This document shows positions 25,459-36,900 of a stretch of DNA of 64,000 nt, one piece after another. The position numbers were made by a program, and so were the translations under genes. Position 1 is the first letter of the stretch; every line of letters begins with the position of its first letter. The notes beneath the pieces were generated by a model. It was given only the letters and a program-made list of their open reading frames with translations, made no database searches and was not told the DNA's origin. The DNA comes from an uncultured Acidobacteriaceae bacterium (GTDB lineage Bacteria; Acidobacteriota; Terriglobia; Terriglobales; Acidobacteriaceae): positions 603,146 to 667,145 of the forward strand of contig CAVQHS010000009.1 in NCBI GenBank assembly GCA_963712385.1, read 5' to 3'.

Positions 25459-28401
25459 CTAGGCATGAATCGCTTTCCTGCTCAGCGGGAAGTCCAATAT
25501 GAAAGTGGTTCCAACACCTAGATTGCTTTCCACGCGAATCTTGCCCGCATGCTCCTGGATGATGCCGTACGTCACAGAAAGTCCAAGCCCAGTCCCGCGC
25601 GGCTGCCCATCCCGCGGAGAGGTTTTCGTAGTGAAAAATGGATCGTATATACGCTGAATGTGCTCAGGCGCAATGCCGGAGCCCGTATCGGAAATTGACA
25701 CGCTGACACTCTCGCCATTCGCCGTGGCCACACGCAGCTTGCCGCCTCCAGGCATGGCATCCTTCGCGTTCAGGAACAAATTCAAAAACACCTGCTGCAA
25801 TCTGCCGGCATTGCCTTGAATGGGCTGAAGCTTGGGTGCCAGCGCGTTTTCCACCTCAACCCTCGAAACTTTGAATTGATGTTCCAGGAGCGCGAGTGTA
25901 TCGGCGATGACTTTGTTCACATCGACGTCGGCAATTTCCGTGCCGCTGGTGCGCGAGAAATTCAAGAGATTATTTACGATCTCAGATGCGCGAAAAGTCT
26001 GCCGGGTGATCTTCTCGAGCAGTCCGGACTTCTGCGGATCTCCCTGCAACTGCTTCGAGAGCATCTGCGTGTAGGAGGAAATCACCGCGAGAGGCGTGTT
26101 GACCTCGTGCGCAACGCCGGCGGCAAGCAAACCGATCGACGAAAGCTTATCGGCCTGCGAAAGTTGAGCTTCCAGCTCAACCCGGTCCGTGATGTCGTCC
26201 ACAATGACCAGCCTGCCGATCACCTCAAACTTGCGCGTCACCAGTGGTGCGAGTGCAACGTTCACCGTGCGGGTTTCGCCGGCAGGAGTTTTCAGGCGGA
26301 ATTTGTACAGATTGCGAATGCCCGGCTCCTGCCGAATGCGGTTGAACTCCTCAACGAATTCCAACGGGAAAACCGCTTTCAACGGTTGTGTCAGCGCCTG
26401 CCAGCGGGGCAAAGCGTACATTACTTCCATCTGCGCGTTCCAGCTCTCGATGCGGTCTTCCATATCGAGCGCCATCACGCCCACGTTGATCGATTCGACG
26501 ATGTTCTCGTTGAAATCCTTGAGCCGCTCATACTCCGCAGCCTTCTTCTGCAGTGACGCGTAGAGTTGCCCATTCTGAATGGCAATGCCGAGATAGCCGC
26601 CCAGCGTTTCCAGCAACTCCATGTCTTCACTCGAAAGGAAGTCGCCTTGTGTGGTTTTTCCCAGGCCAAGAACAGCAACCGTTTTCTGCTGCGCGCGGCA
26701 AGGAATGTAATAGTTCAAATCCAGCCGGGCGATGGTCCATTGCGCCTCCGGCGTTTCCCTCGGAACCTGGTGCGTGTTCTCGAAGAAAAGATGCCCTGCG
26801 GTCTGTGGCCGCGGCGCTTCGAGAAAAGACAAATCGAGATTTCCAACGGTAGATAGGCCGGAAGACTTGGCCAACGCGAACCGTCCGGCTTCTTCTCCTG
26901 CCAAGAATACCGCTACCCGATCGACCGCCAGCGTCCGCGACAGCCGGTCGATCAACGAAGAGAGCATCGTGTTGAGGTCGGTTTCCGAGCCGAGCTCGCG
27001 GCCGAATTCAAGTAGCGTGCGGCGGTAGTCGTAGCGCGTGCGATAGAAGAACTGGTCGATGCGGTCCTGAATCCATTTGCGGACGGGATCGAACAGCAAG
27101 GCTGTTACCACGACCGCGAGAATCAGTCCAACCGGACCGCTGCTGGGCTGGCGCATATGCACGAGTTCCGCCACGCCCGCCACCAGGCCAAAATACATGC
27201 CCACCACAATCGCCGCGGCCAGCGTGTACACCACGCCGCGCTTGAAGATCAGATCCACATCCATCAACCGGTAGCGGAAGATGGCATAACCGAACGTCAG
27301 CGGCAGCAGCGCCAGGGACAGCGCAGAAATCTTCATTGCCGGCCCGGGCAGCGAGCCCATCAGGTAAGGAACTACGTAGAGCAGGGAGTATGGGATGACG
27401 GCTAGGATCGTGCCCCGTGTCACCCACTTCAGTTGCTGGCGCAGAATCGTGGTGCTGGCGCGCCGGTAGCTGTACCAGAGCACGCCCGCCGCGGCCAGAA
27501 ACAACGCCGACCCGTACGACATTTCCATGCGGTCGAGGTTCCAGCGCAGACGCTCGCTGGCCTGCAGCCAGCGCATCGCCCCGATGTGCGTCGCGAGCAG
27601 GATCGCTCCCGGCACATACACAAGGCCCAGCAGCCAGGGATGCTTGCGGACGAACTGCCGTTTTTCCGGAAAGGTCAGGACAAAATGGAGAAATAGCGCA
27701 GGTTGCAGAACTCCGGCGGCGATATTGCCCCAATAGATCGTCCAGTCAAAATCGTTCAGTTTGCCGGTGTACTTGAACGAATACGCAACAAAAGAAACCA
27801 GGCAGAAAATGTAGAAATGGGTCGATCCCGGGGCCGTCCATCGCCGCAGCAGAACATACAGCCCGATGCCTAAATAAATGAGTGCGATCAGTCGAAGCCA
27901 GTTGTTCAGCGAGCGCTCGGCCGGAACCAGAATCACGCTCGATTCAATGGGGACCGATTCACGAAGCAGGGAATAGGTGGCCTTCGACCAGACGCCAGTC
28001 CGGTACATCTGGGGTTCCAAACCGGAAATATCGCGCACGTCCTGGCCGTTGATCGAAACCAGTTGATCGCCAGCCTTGATCCCGCTGCGCGCGCCCGGGC
28101 CGTTGGGATCGAGGCGGTCGGCTGTGAGGTGTCCGCCGTTTTCGATCCACCACACGCCGTCATCGGGGACGGCGGACTTCATTTCTGAATTGAAATTGAA
28201 ACCGGCGAATACGACTGCCGCCACGGTCAGCAGAAACAGCAGAACCGCCACAAATCGGACTTGGCTTTCACGGTTCATGGACTTCGGCGGCCTTCCCGGA
28301 CCCTTTACGGGGTGGTCGAGAAGGGCAAAGACTCCTCGCCGATCATCTATAAGCACTTTCGCTGCCATGTCGCTTCCGATTTCGGGAACGCTAAGTGCCA
28401 C
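25459..28401 (-). CDS. Membrane sensor histidine kinase: extracytoplasmic PDZ domain, multi-TM block, GAF, PAS, HisKA, HATPase
   Basis: PDZ-like GPGARSGIKAGDQLVSINGQDVRD lies after the first TM helix, followed by at least 6 TM helices. H-box AAGVAHEVNTPLA. G-boxes DTGSGI and GTGLGLSV. The start could be ATG 28278 (MNRESQVRFVAVLL). Confidence 0.85.
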   Translation of the reverse strand: MALSVPEIGSDMAAKVLIDDRRGVFALLDHPVKGPGRPPKSMNRESQVRFVAVLLFLLTVAAVVFAGFNFNSEMKSAVPDDGVWWIENGGHLTADRLDPNGPGARSGIKAGDQLVSINGQDVRDISGLEPQMYRTGVWSKATYSLLRESVPIESSVILVPAERSLNNWLRLIALIYLGIGLYVLLRRWTAPGSTHFYIFCLVSFVAYSFKYTGKLNDFDWTIYWGNIAAGVLQPALFLHFVLTFPEKRQFVRKHPWLLGLVYVPGAILLATHIGAMRWLQASERLRWNLDRMEMSYGSALFLAAAGVLWYSYRRASTTILRQQLKWVTRGTILAVIPYSLLYVVPYLMGSLPGPAMKISALSLALLPLTFGYAIFRYRLMDVDLIFKRGVVYTLAAAIVVGMYFGLVAGVAELVHMRQPSSGPVGLILAVVVTALLFDPVRKWIQDRIDQFFYRTRYDYRRTLLEFGRELGSETDLNTMLSSLIDRLSRTLAVDRVAVFLAGEEAGRFALAKSSGLSTVGNLDLSFLEAPRPQTAGHLFFENTHQVPRETPEAQWTIARLDLNYYIPCRAQQKTVAVLGLGKTTQGDFLSSEDMELLETLGGYLGIAIQNGQLYASLQKKAAEYERLKDFNENIVESINVGVMALDMEDRIESWNAQMEVMYALPRWQALTQPLKAVFPLEFVEEFNRIRQEPGIRNLYKFRLKTPAGETRTVNVALAPLVTRKFEVIGRLVIVDDITDRVELEAQLSQADKLSSIGLLAAGVAHEVNTPLAVISSYTQMLSKQLQGDPQKSGLLEKITRQTFRASEIVNNLLNFSRTSGTEIADVDVNKVIADTLALLEHQFKVSRVEVENALAPKLQPIQGNAGRLQQVFLNLFLNAKDAMPGGGKLRVATANGESVSVSISDTGSGIAPEHIQRIYDPFFTTKTSPRDGQPRGTGLGLSVTYGIIQEHAGKIRVESNLGVGTTFILDFPLSRKAIHA

Positions 28402-28660
28402 ATCTACAGCACTTCTGTGATTATAGAAGGGTTTTCAGAAGTTCTATACGGTTTAATGGAGGCCAGTGTGGAATTTTGTAGGAGAAGGTTCCATCTCAGT
28501 GCGGCTTTGCTTCCGTCGCAAGCGGGATAGAAGAGATTCGTCTGGAGGGGAACACTAGGGCGTGCGCCGAGTTGGGTTTTCTGTCTGGCCTGCGCCAGTA
28601 AAATCGGCGAGAATGTCACGGCAACCGGGTGCAAAACAATTCCAACGCAGGAAAACAGCC

Positions 28661-29380
28661 ATGGCAACCAACACCCAACTCACCATTCGGGCTCAGGCAA
28701 AAGGCGGCATGTTCCTGGGTCCCGACAGTTATAACGGAGCGATCATCACCGTTCGCGACGGCTCGACCATTCTGGCCGGGCCTGCATTTACCAACCAGGG
28801 CGATTCCGGCACGCGTTCCACGAGTCAAGTACCCGGTTCGTCCCCGTATCAGATTAGAACGCCGCTTCTACCTCCCGCCTTCTATTGGGTGGTCGCTGCC
28901 GATACCACGGTCAATTACACCGCGATGTTCAACCTGTCGACGCCGAAGATGGTCACCGTCGAAGCACGCGTGCCGCTGCCAGCGGCACAGGGCGATCAAA
29001 TTGCCACGGCCCAGGTGATGGTCTCTCCCGGCCAGCAACCGAGTCTCCCAGGGTTTGTGATCGAAATTCCGGGACTCTGGGTGCAACCGGAACTGGTTGT
29101 GCTGGGGAACGTGGTGAACTGGAAGACCAAGGTTGCGATGATGTGCGGATGCGAAATCAACCTCAATAGCCCCTGGATTCCCAGCGACTTTCAGGTCTCC
29201 GCACAGATCATAAAGCCCACGGTCCAGCCGCCGGTCAGCTTGAGTTTCAATTTCAACAGCCAGTATGTAGGACAGACCCAAGTCCCTACCGCCAACTACA
29301 CGGCAGAGATCAGCGCACGCCAAATCAGCACGGGAAACGCGGGAAAGGCGACGATACAATTTCAGGTGCCGCCTGGTTAG
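28661..29380 (+). CDS. Hypothetical beta-rich protein (239 aa), no signal peptide
   Basis: ATG 28661 opens MATNTQLTIRAQAKGGMFLGPDSYNGAIITVRDG... Composition is ordinary. No family recognised. Confidence 0.5.
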   Translation: MATNTQLTIRAQAKGGMFLGPDSYNGAIITVRDGSTILAGPAFTNQGDSGTRSTSQVPGSSPYQIRTPLLPPAFYWVVAADTTVNYTAMFNLSTPKMVTVEARVPLPAAQGDQIATAQVMVSPGQQPSLPGFVIEIPGLWVQPELVVLGNVVNWKTKVAMMCGCEINLNSPWIPSDFQVSAQIIKPTVQPPVSLSFNFNSQYVGQTQVPTANYTAEISARQISTGNAGKATIQFQVPPG

Positions 29381-29433
29381 CGTTACGGAAGTCAAATCTC
29401 CCAGCCGCGACTGCAGCCAGTTCGCAGGAACCA

Positions 29434-29646
29434 ATGAAGCAGCACATTACCGGCTTCCATCAGGATGATGAAGGGCACTGGGTGGCGGAATTAGCTTGTG
29501 GACACACCCGGCATGTGCGCCATGATCCGCCGTGGCAGTTGCGTCCCTGGGTGACTACGGAGGAGGGTCGCGCGGCGAAGATCGGAAGCACGCTGGGATG
29601 CAAGAAGTGTGATGAGGCAGCCGCGACCGAGTCTCAAGAAGGTTGA
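29434..29646 (+). CDS. DUF3565-like small protein
   Basis: 70 aa. ITGFHQDDEGHWVAELACGHTRHVRHDPPWQLRPWV matches my memory of the DUF3565 signature. Confidence 0.6.
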   Translation: MKQHITGFHQDDEGHWVAELACGHTRHVRHDPPWQLRPWVTTEEGRAAKIGSTLGCKKCDEAAATESQEG

Positions 29647-29813
29647 CAAACCGACCTTGCTTTTTCACCTTGTACGTGCGCGCGATTGCGCCAGCACGCG
29701 CATAAGTCGAACGGCGCGACCCCAGGCACTATTTCCAGCTACTTAGAATCGAATGGCCACCCCTGCGCACATCGCAAGGGTGGACGCCCGAGTGTTTTGC
29801 AACTAGGAGAGGC

Positions 29814-30215
29814 CTACGACGGCCAAGGCATCGGGTGTTGGTTTCCCGGCGACAGGCTGACGCGGATCACATTCATCAGTTCGTCGTTGTCGGCAGGCTT
29901 CTGAAAAAATGCCGATGCTCCTGCCTTCAGGGCGCGTTCTTCATTGGCCTGCGGATCGCGCGCGCTGAGCACGATGACGGGTATGCTCGAAAGCGAATCG
30001 ATGGCTTGCAAACGGTCGAGCACCACAAAGCCATCGCCCACGGGTAAGCCGAGATCCAGAATGATCAGCGCTGGCCGTTCTTTCTGCGCGGCGGCCACGG
30101 CGGTATAACCGTCGGTTGCCGTGGTCACTTCATAATTGCTGGCCCGCAGGCGCAGGCGCAGGGCTCGGATTAAATCGGGATCGTCGTCGACTACCAGAAT
30201 CTTCGGTTTTGCCAT
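29814..30215 (-). CDS. Single-domain response regulator (CheY-like receiver)
   Basis: KILVVDDDPD...ALIILDLGLPVGDG...IPVIVLSA...KP. Confidence 0.85.
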   Translation of the reverse strand: MAKPKILVVDDDPDLIRALRLRLRASNYEVTTATDGYTAVAAAQKERPALIILDLGLPVGDGFVVLDRLQAIDSLSSIPVIVLSARDPQANEERALKAGASAFFQKPADNDELMNVIRVSLSPGNQHPMPWPS

Positions 30216-30244
30216 TGCTGTTCTCCTTAATGATTTGGGTTTCG

Positions 30245-31846
30245 TTAATTGCTGCCCGGCGCCTTGGCGGCGGGAAATGGTTTCCGATCCATATTTCTGA
30301 CAATCATGTCGTTGACGCAGTCAGCCAAAACTTGAACCTGCTGCTCCTGAGTTTCTCTGCGATTCTCCGCGGGAAGCTCAACCGGCAGCGTGGAGATGGT
30401 AAGTTTGGATTTGGACTGGAGCTCGGGAATGCGCTCCAGTTGTTCCCGTATACGCGCGGTCATCACTCCCGAGCGCTCCATATCGGTGGAGGCCACGACG
30501 AAAAACGTTTCGGCCGCGCCGGAAGCTCCCATGGGAGGAAGCACGAGGTCTTTATCGAGATACACGCAGCGGCGCAGGATTTCGAGGGCTTGCTGCCAGG
30601 TGTCCTTCCAGTTGCCGCGCGGGGGGTTGGTGAGCGGCATGAGTTCCACCCTGACCAGCACGAAGCATGGGCGTAATTGATTCTGGTAGGTGACAACCGG
30701 GGCAAGCAGCTTGGCCAGAGAGTAGAGCGGCAAAGTAAACGTGAAAGTACTGCCTTGCCCGGGTTCGCTGGAGACCCAGATGCGACCCTGATGAAGCCTC
30801 ACAATCTCGCGGCAGATGAAGAGACCCAGCCCCAGGCCCGAGCGATTGTTGTCAATGGACTCGCTATCTTGATAAAGGCGTTCAAAAATCAGCGACTTGG
30901 CTTCCGGGGAGATACCACGACCGGTATCGCTGACGGCAACATAAACAAAGCCCGGATCGGCATCCACCATGCTGGCTTGCAACATTACGGAGCCGTCCGG
31001 CGGCGTGAACTTGATGGCATTGTCCACGAGATTGATAAGCACTTCGAGAACGCGGTCGGGATCGGCATACACCAAGCGCAGCCTTTGGTCGATTGCTATT
31101 TCGAGTCCGATCTTTTTTTCCTTTGCGGTGGGCCGCAGCATGGCAACGGTCTGCTGCATCAGTTCGCTGAGCGCGATGCAGCGCGGTTCGATGCGCATCT
31201 TGCCGCTCTCGGCGCGCGTGGCTTCCAGCATGTCGCGGATCATGGCGTGCAGTTGATTCACGCTCTTCAGAATCGTCTTGAGATGATCGTTCTGGTCAGG
31301 CGCCATTGGACCGGCTAGTCCATCGAGAAGCAGCGTCACGTACTGGTGAATGCAGGTAAGCGGGGTGCGCAGTTCATGCGAGACGTGGGAGAGGAACTGG
31401 TTCTTGAACTCCAATTGCTGCTTCTGCGTGATCTCGATCGCGCGGATAAGGCCCTGCCGCTCCACGGCATAGCGGATCGCGCGCTCGAGGTGCTTGCTGG
31501 ATAGATTGCCCTTTACCAAATAGTCCTGCACGCCTTGATGCACAGCTTTCATGGCCAGCGCTTCATCATCCTGGCCGGAGAGCACGACTACCGGCACATT
31601 CGGCGAGTGCTCGATGACACGGCGAAAAGTTTCCGCTCCCCGGCTGTCGGGCAGATTCAGGTCCAGCAAAACCACCGAAGGAGTTTCGACGGTGAGCGAT
31701 GCGAGACCATCGGAGAGCCGATTCACGCAATTTACTTTCACCGGAGCCCGGCCTTCTACCAGGCGAAGGCGAACCAGATCCGCATCTCCGGGGTTATCTT
31801 CGATCAGAAGTACGCTTGTCATGGGGCGATCCATTGTGTTCTTCAC
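30245..31846 (-). CDS. Hybrid REC-HisKA-HATPase kinase with a ~160-aa C-terminal extension of unknown function
   Basis: REC (VLLIEDNPGDADL, VVLLDLNLPDSRG). H-box SHVSHELRTPLT. G-boxes DTGRGI and GLGLGLFICREIV. A non-kinase tail follows residue ~375. Confidence 0.85.
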   Translation of the reverse strand: MKNTMDRPMTSVLLIEDNPGDADLVRLRLVEGRAPVKVNCVNRLSDGLASLTVETPSVVLLDLNLPDSRGAETFRRVIEHSPNVPVVVLSGQDDEALAMKAVHQGVQDYLVKGNLSSKHLERAIRYAVERQGLIRAIEITQKQQLEFKNQFLSHVSHELRTPLTCIHQYVTLLLDGLAGPMAPDQNDHLKTILKSVNQLHAMIRDMLEATRAESGKMRIEPRCIALSELMQQTVAMLRPTAKEKKIGLEIAIDQRLRLVYADPDRVLEVLINLVDNAIKFTPPDGSVMLQASMVDADPGFVYVAVSDTGRGISPEAKSLIFERLYQDSESIDNNRSGLGLGLFICREIVRLHQGRIWVSSEPGQGSTFTFTLPLYSLAKLLAPVVTYQNQLRPCFVLVRVELMPLTNPPRGNWKDTWQQALEILRRCVYLDKDLVLPPMGASGAAETFFVVASTDMERSGVMTARIREQLERIPELQSKSKLTISTLPVELPAENRRETQEQQVQVLADCVNDMIVRNMDRKPFPAAKAPGSN

Positions 31847-32276
31847 TCTCCTCGTGGCGGCAGGCTCACCGAGCCGAACCAGAATCGTTCAATCGACTTC
31901 ATCACGGAAAAAAACTCGGTCAGGTTTCCGGGTTTGCTGAGGTAGCAGTTGGCTCCGAGTTCGTAACTGCGCGCAATGTCGCTGCCCAACTGCGAGGTGC
32001 TAAAGATAACCACGGGAATCTTGCGCAACTCCGGGCTCGCCCGCATTGCCGCCAGCACCGCCAAGCCGTCTCGTTTGGGCAAATTCAAATCCAGGATGAC
32101 CAAGTCCGGTCTGGTCGCGTTGGTGTAGCTTCCCCGGCGGTCCAAGAACGCCAGGGCTTCCGCACCATCCCCCAGACTCCTGATTTGTCCGCGATAAGCG
32201 CATGCCGTAAGCGCCTCGCGGGCTAAAGCAATATCGGCAGGATTGTCATCCACGATCAGCAGTTCGTGCGCCGGCT

Positions 32277-32286
<10 letters not shown>
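31843..32286 (-). CDS. Single-domain response regulator (Rcp1-like)
   Basis: LLIVDDNPADIAL...PDLVILDLNLPKRDG...IPVVIFSTS...ANCYLSKP. The start overlaps the upstream kinase by 10 nt. Confidence 0.85.
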
Positions 32287-33469
<1,183 letters not shown>

Positions 33470-33473
<4 letters not shown>

Positions 33474-33940
33474 AATGCATGCTCAACTGAGCTGGGGGTG
33501 CCGATGGGAGGCCGATTGATTACCATCCAATACAGGCCCGCGAGCTTGACCGTCTTCCGGAATTCGCCGAAATCCACCGGCTTCTGCAGATAGCTGTTGG
33601 CGCCGAGTTCGTAAGCGCTGACCATGTCGCGCTCTTCTCGCGAAGAGGTCAGGAGCACTACACAAATATTGCGCGTGCGAGGATCGCTTTTGATCTGCTT
33701 TAGGACCTGCAGACCATCCACCTTGGGCAGTTTGAGATCGAGCAGGACCAATTTCGGCGGGCGTTCGAAGCAACGATCAGAGTGCGGGCCGGTACAGAAA
33801 AGGAAATCCAGCGCTTCCGCGCCATCGCGCACGACAAAGACGCGGTTCGCGAGATTCTCCGCGCGCAGAGCGTGGATAGTAAGGTCCACGTCGTCTTTGC
33901 TGTCATCCACCAGAAGTATGTCAACTTCATTCACATTCAT
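33470..33940 (-). CDS. Single-domain response regulator (Rcp1-like)
   Basis: [13 protein letters not shown]...[14 protein letters not shown]...VVLLTSS...ANSYLQKP. Both ends have 4-nt overlaps with the neighbouring genes. Confidence 0.85.
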
Positions 33941-36900
33941 GTTCGAACTCCGGCCACAGCGGTTTTGCCCGCAGGTTCGGTTAGCTCAACTGGTGAGGAG
34001 TTTCCAGCTTCCGTCCGGTCTGGCTTGACGGCGCTTGGTTGAGCCGCGGTGATGGTGAAAAAGAAAGTCGCGCCTTTGTCCGGCTCCGCCTCGGCCCACA
34101 CCCGGCCCCCGTGCTTGTGGATGATGCGTTGCACAGTCGCCAGGCCGATGCCTGTACCTTCAAAATCCTCGGCGCGGTGCAGGCGCTGAAAAACCCCAAA
34201 CAATTTGTCCATGTACTTCATATCGAATCCGACGCCGTTGTCGCGCACGGTGAAGATCAGATTTCCGTTTTCCGGGCGGCAACTGATTTCAATATCGGCG
34301 CGTTCCCGCGGACGCGTGAATTTAAGTGCGTTCGCGATCAAGTTCTGGAATACCTGCTTGATCAGTACGGGATCACACGGGGCCAAGGGCAGGCTGGCAA
34401 TCCTCCAGTTCACGGCCCTTCCAGCAATTTCGGGCTGCAGCAGAGAGATAACCTCTTCAACGATCGAGTTCAGATTGGAACTCTGAATCCGCAGCGCGTG
34501 ACGGCCAACGCGCGCCAAATTCAGGAGTTCATCCACGAGCAGCCCCATCCGCTGCACCCCATCCTCGATGCGGAGCACGTGGTCACGGGCCTCAGGTGCA
34601 AGTTCGGGGCCGAAGTCCTCGATCAGAATTCGTGAAAAACCGCCGATGTGCCGCAGCGGGGCGCGCAGATCGTGGGAAACCGAGTAGGTGAAGGCTTCCA
34701 GTTCGCGGTTGGCGGTCTCCAGTTGCGCGGTCCGTTGCACCACTCTCTCTTCGAGTTCTTCATTAAGCTTGCGAGTTCTCTGCTCCGCCGCCCTGCGCTC
34801 GGTGACGTCGCGGAAGGCGACGACTCCGCCGCAGAGGTTGCCATGAGCGTCCTTCATAGGGCGCGCCGTAAATCCGAGAAAGGCCGGATTTCCCTGATCC
34901 CGGTTCGCAACAATCAACTCGACTTCCGCAGACTCTCCGTTCAGAGCTCGTACCAGCGGCAGGCCATCCGTGGGACATGGCGTGGTCCCGTCGAGCTGAT
35001 AGGTCTGGTAATAAGCGGCCCACTGGTCAGGCGGCAAGTTGGCTGGGCCGCGGCCCAGCAGCTTTTTCGCGGAATCGTTCCAGATGAGAAAGTGCCCTTC
35101 GCGATCGGCAGCAATCAATCCCTCGCCCGTGCTCTCCAGCACTAGCTCGAGCATCCGGGTCTGCGCCTCGAGGGCCTCACCGGAGCGGGCCAGCTCCACA
35201 GCTTGGCGTGAGAGCTCCTCCGCCTGGCCTGCGAGTTGCTGTTCTGCCTGCTTTCGTTCGCTGATATCCGTGTTCGTGCCAAACCAGCGAGCCACGCGCC
35301 CTTCCGAGTCTTTTACCGGCATCACGCGCGTGAGGAATTCGCGATAAACCCCATCCGCGCCGCGCAGGGGAAACTCCATCTCGAAGGGGTTGCCGCTGCT
35401 AATCGCGCCCTTCCATCTTTCCAGCACCTTGGGCAGCACTGTAGGATCGTGGACGGTCTGCCAGGCCCATCCCTGCATCTGCTCGAATGTAGTACCCGTG
35501 TATTCGTACCAGCGCTGGTTGTACCAAAAGATATGTCCGTCGGGATCGGCCATCCAGGCCAGTTGCGGGATGCCGTTGGCCATGGCCTGGAAGCGTTCTT
35601 CGCTTTCATGCAGCGCGTCTTCCGCTCGTTTGCGTTCAGTGATGTCGCGTGCAATTTTAGAAGCGCCCACAATCGCGCCCCTGTCGTCTCGAATCGGCGA
35701 AATCGTCACCGAGACGTCAATCTTCCCGCCGTCTTTCCGGAGGCGGACGGTTTCAAAATGTTCCACGCTCTCCCCGCGCCCGATGCGCATCAGAATGTCA
35801 GCTTCCTCGCCCACGCGCTCCGGCGGCATGAGAAACATAATTGATTTGCCCACGGCCTCCGCTGAGGAGTAGCCGAAGACCTTCTCGGCACTGCGATTCC
35901 AGGCGTTAATGGTTCCATCGAGGGTTTTGCTGATAATGGCGTCATCGGATGAGGCAACAAGGGCGGCCAGGTGGGCGTGAGCTTCCTCCACTCGCCTGCG
36001 CTCGGTGACATCCGCGCGGATCGCCATATATTGCCGGGGTTTGCCTTGGGCGTCGAGGAAAGGGACGACGGTTGTGTCCACCCAGTAAATCGAACCATCC
36101 TTGGCGCGGTTGCAGATCTCGTCCCGCCACACTTGTCCGCCGGCAATCGTGCGATACATCTGTTGGAAGAATTCTTTGGGGTGGTGGCCGGAGTTGAGGA
36201 TTCGGTGGTTTTTCCCGATCAGTTCTTCTCGTGAATATTGGCTGATGGCGCAGAACTTGTCGTTGACATACGTAATGGTTCCATGAACGTCGGTGGTGGC
36301 GACGATCGCGTGCTGGTCGAGAGCAAACTTCTGGTCGGCCAGGTCGTTAAGCGCAGCCTCGCTGGCGGCGAGGCTCTCTTTCAGCACCTCGTCGGCATGC
36401 TTGCGCTCGGTGATGTCGGCGAACGTAACTGCCAAATGACCCTGGTGGGTGCGGAATGCCGTCACCTCGAACCATCTCTGCAGCGGCTGCGCATAGTCCT
36501 CGAAATGAAGCGATTTTCCTGTTGTCACGACCTTGCCGTAGGTTTCAATCCAGAAAGGCTCGATACCGGGAAGAACCTCACGAAGAGTTCTCCCCAGGAC
36601 GTCGTCACGGGACAAGCCAGTGTGGGTTTCAAAGGCGGAGTTTACCTCCAGATAGCGCTGGTCGCAGGGCTTGCCATTCTCGTCATAGACGGCTTCGAAC
36701 AGCGCCAACCCCTCCAGCATTTCACTAAAGAGGAGACGATAGCGTTGCTCACTCTCGTGCAGCGCTTCTTCCGCCCTCTGGCGCTCGCTGACATCCCGCA
36801 CAATAGCGGTGAAGATCTTCCTGCCCGCGGTTTCGATCTGTGAGATCGCGATCTCCACCGGAAACTCGGTGCCATCCGTGCGCAATCCCGCCAGCACTCC

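Noticed and set aside
27008-27733. 241-aa ORF in an alternative frame within the PDZ kinase gene
   Set aside because: Its Arg/Ala/Gly/Pro-rich translation overlaps the kinase's TM region in another frame of the same strand. The kinase frame is continuous and motif-bearing.
28500-28515. GG-N10-GC (CGGAAGCAAAGCCGCA on the minus strand) upstream of the PDZ kinase
   Set aside because: Only the bare dinucleotides match, and the flanking -24/-12 context is absent. Such matches are expected by chance in GC-rich DNA.
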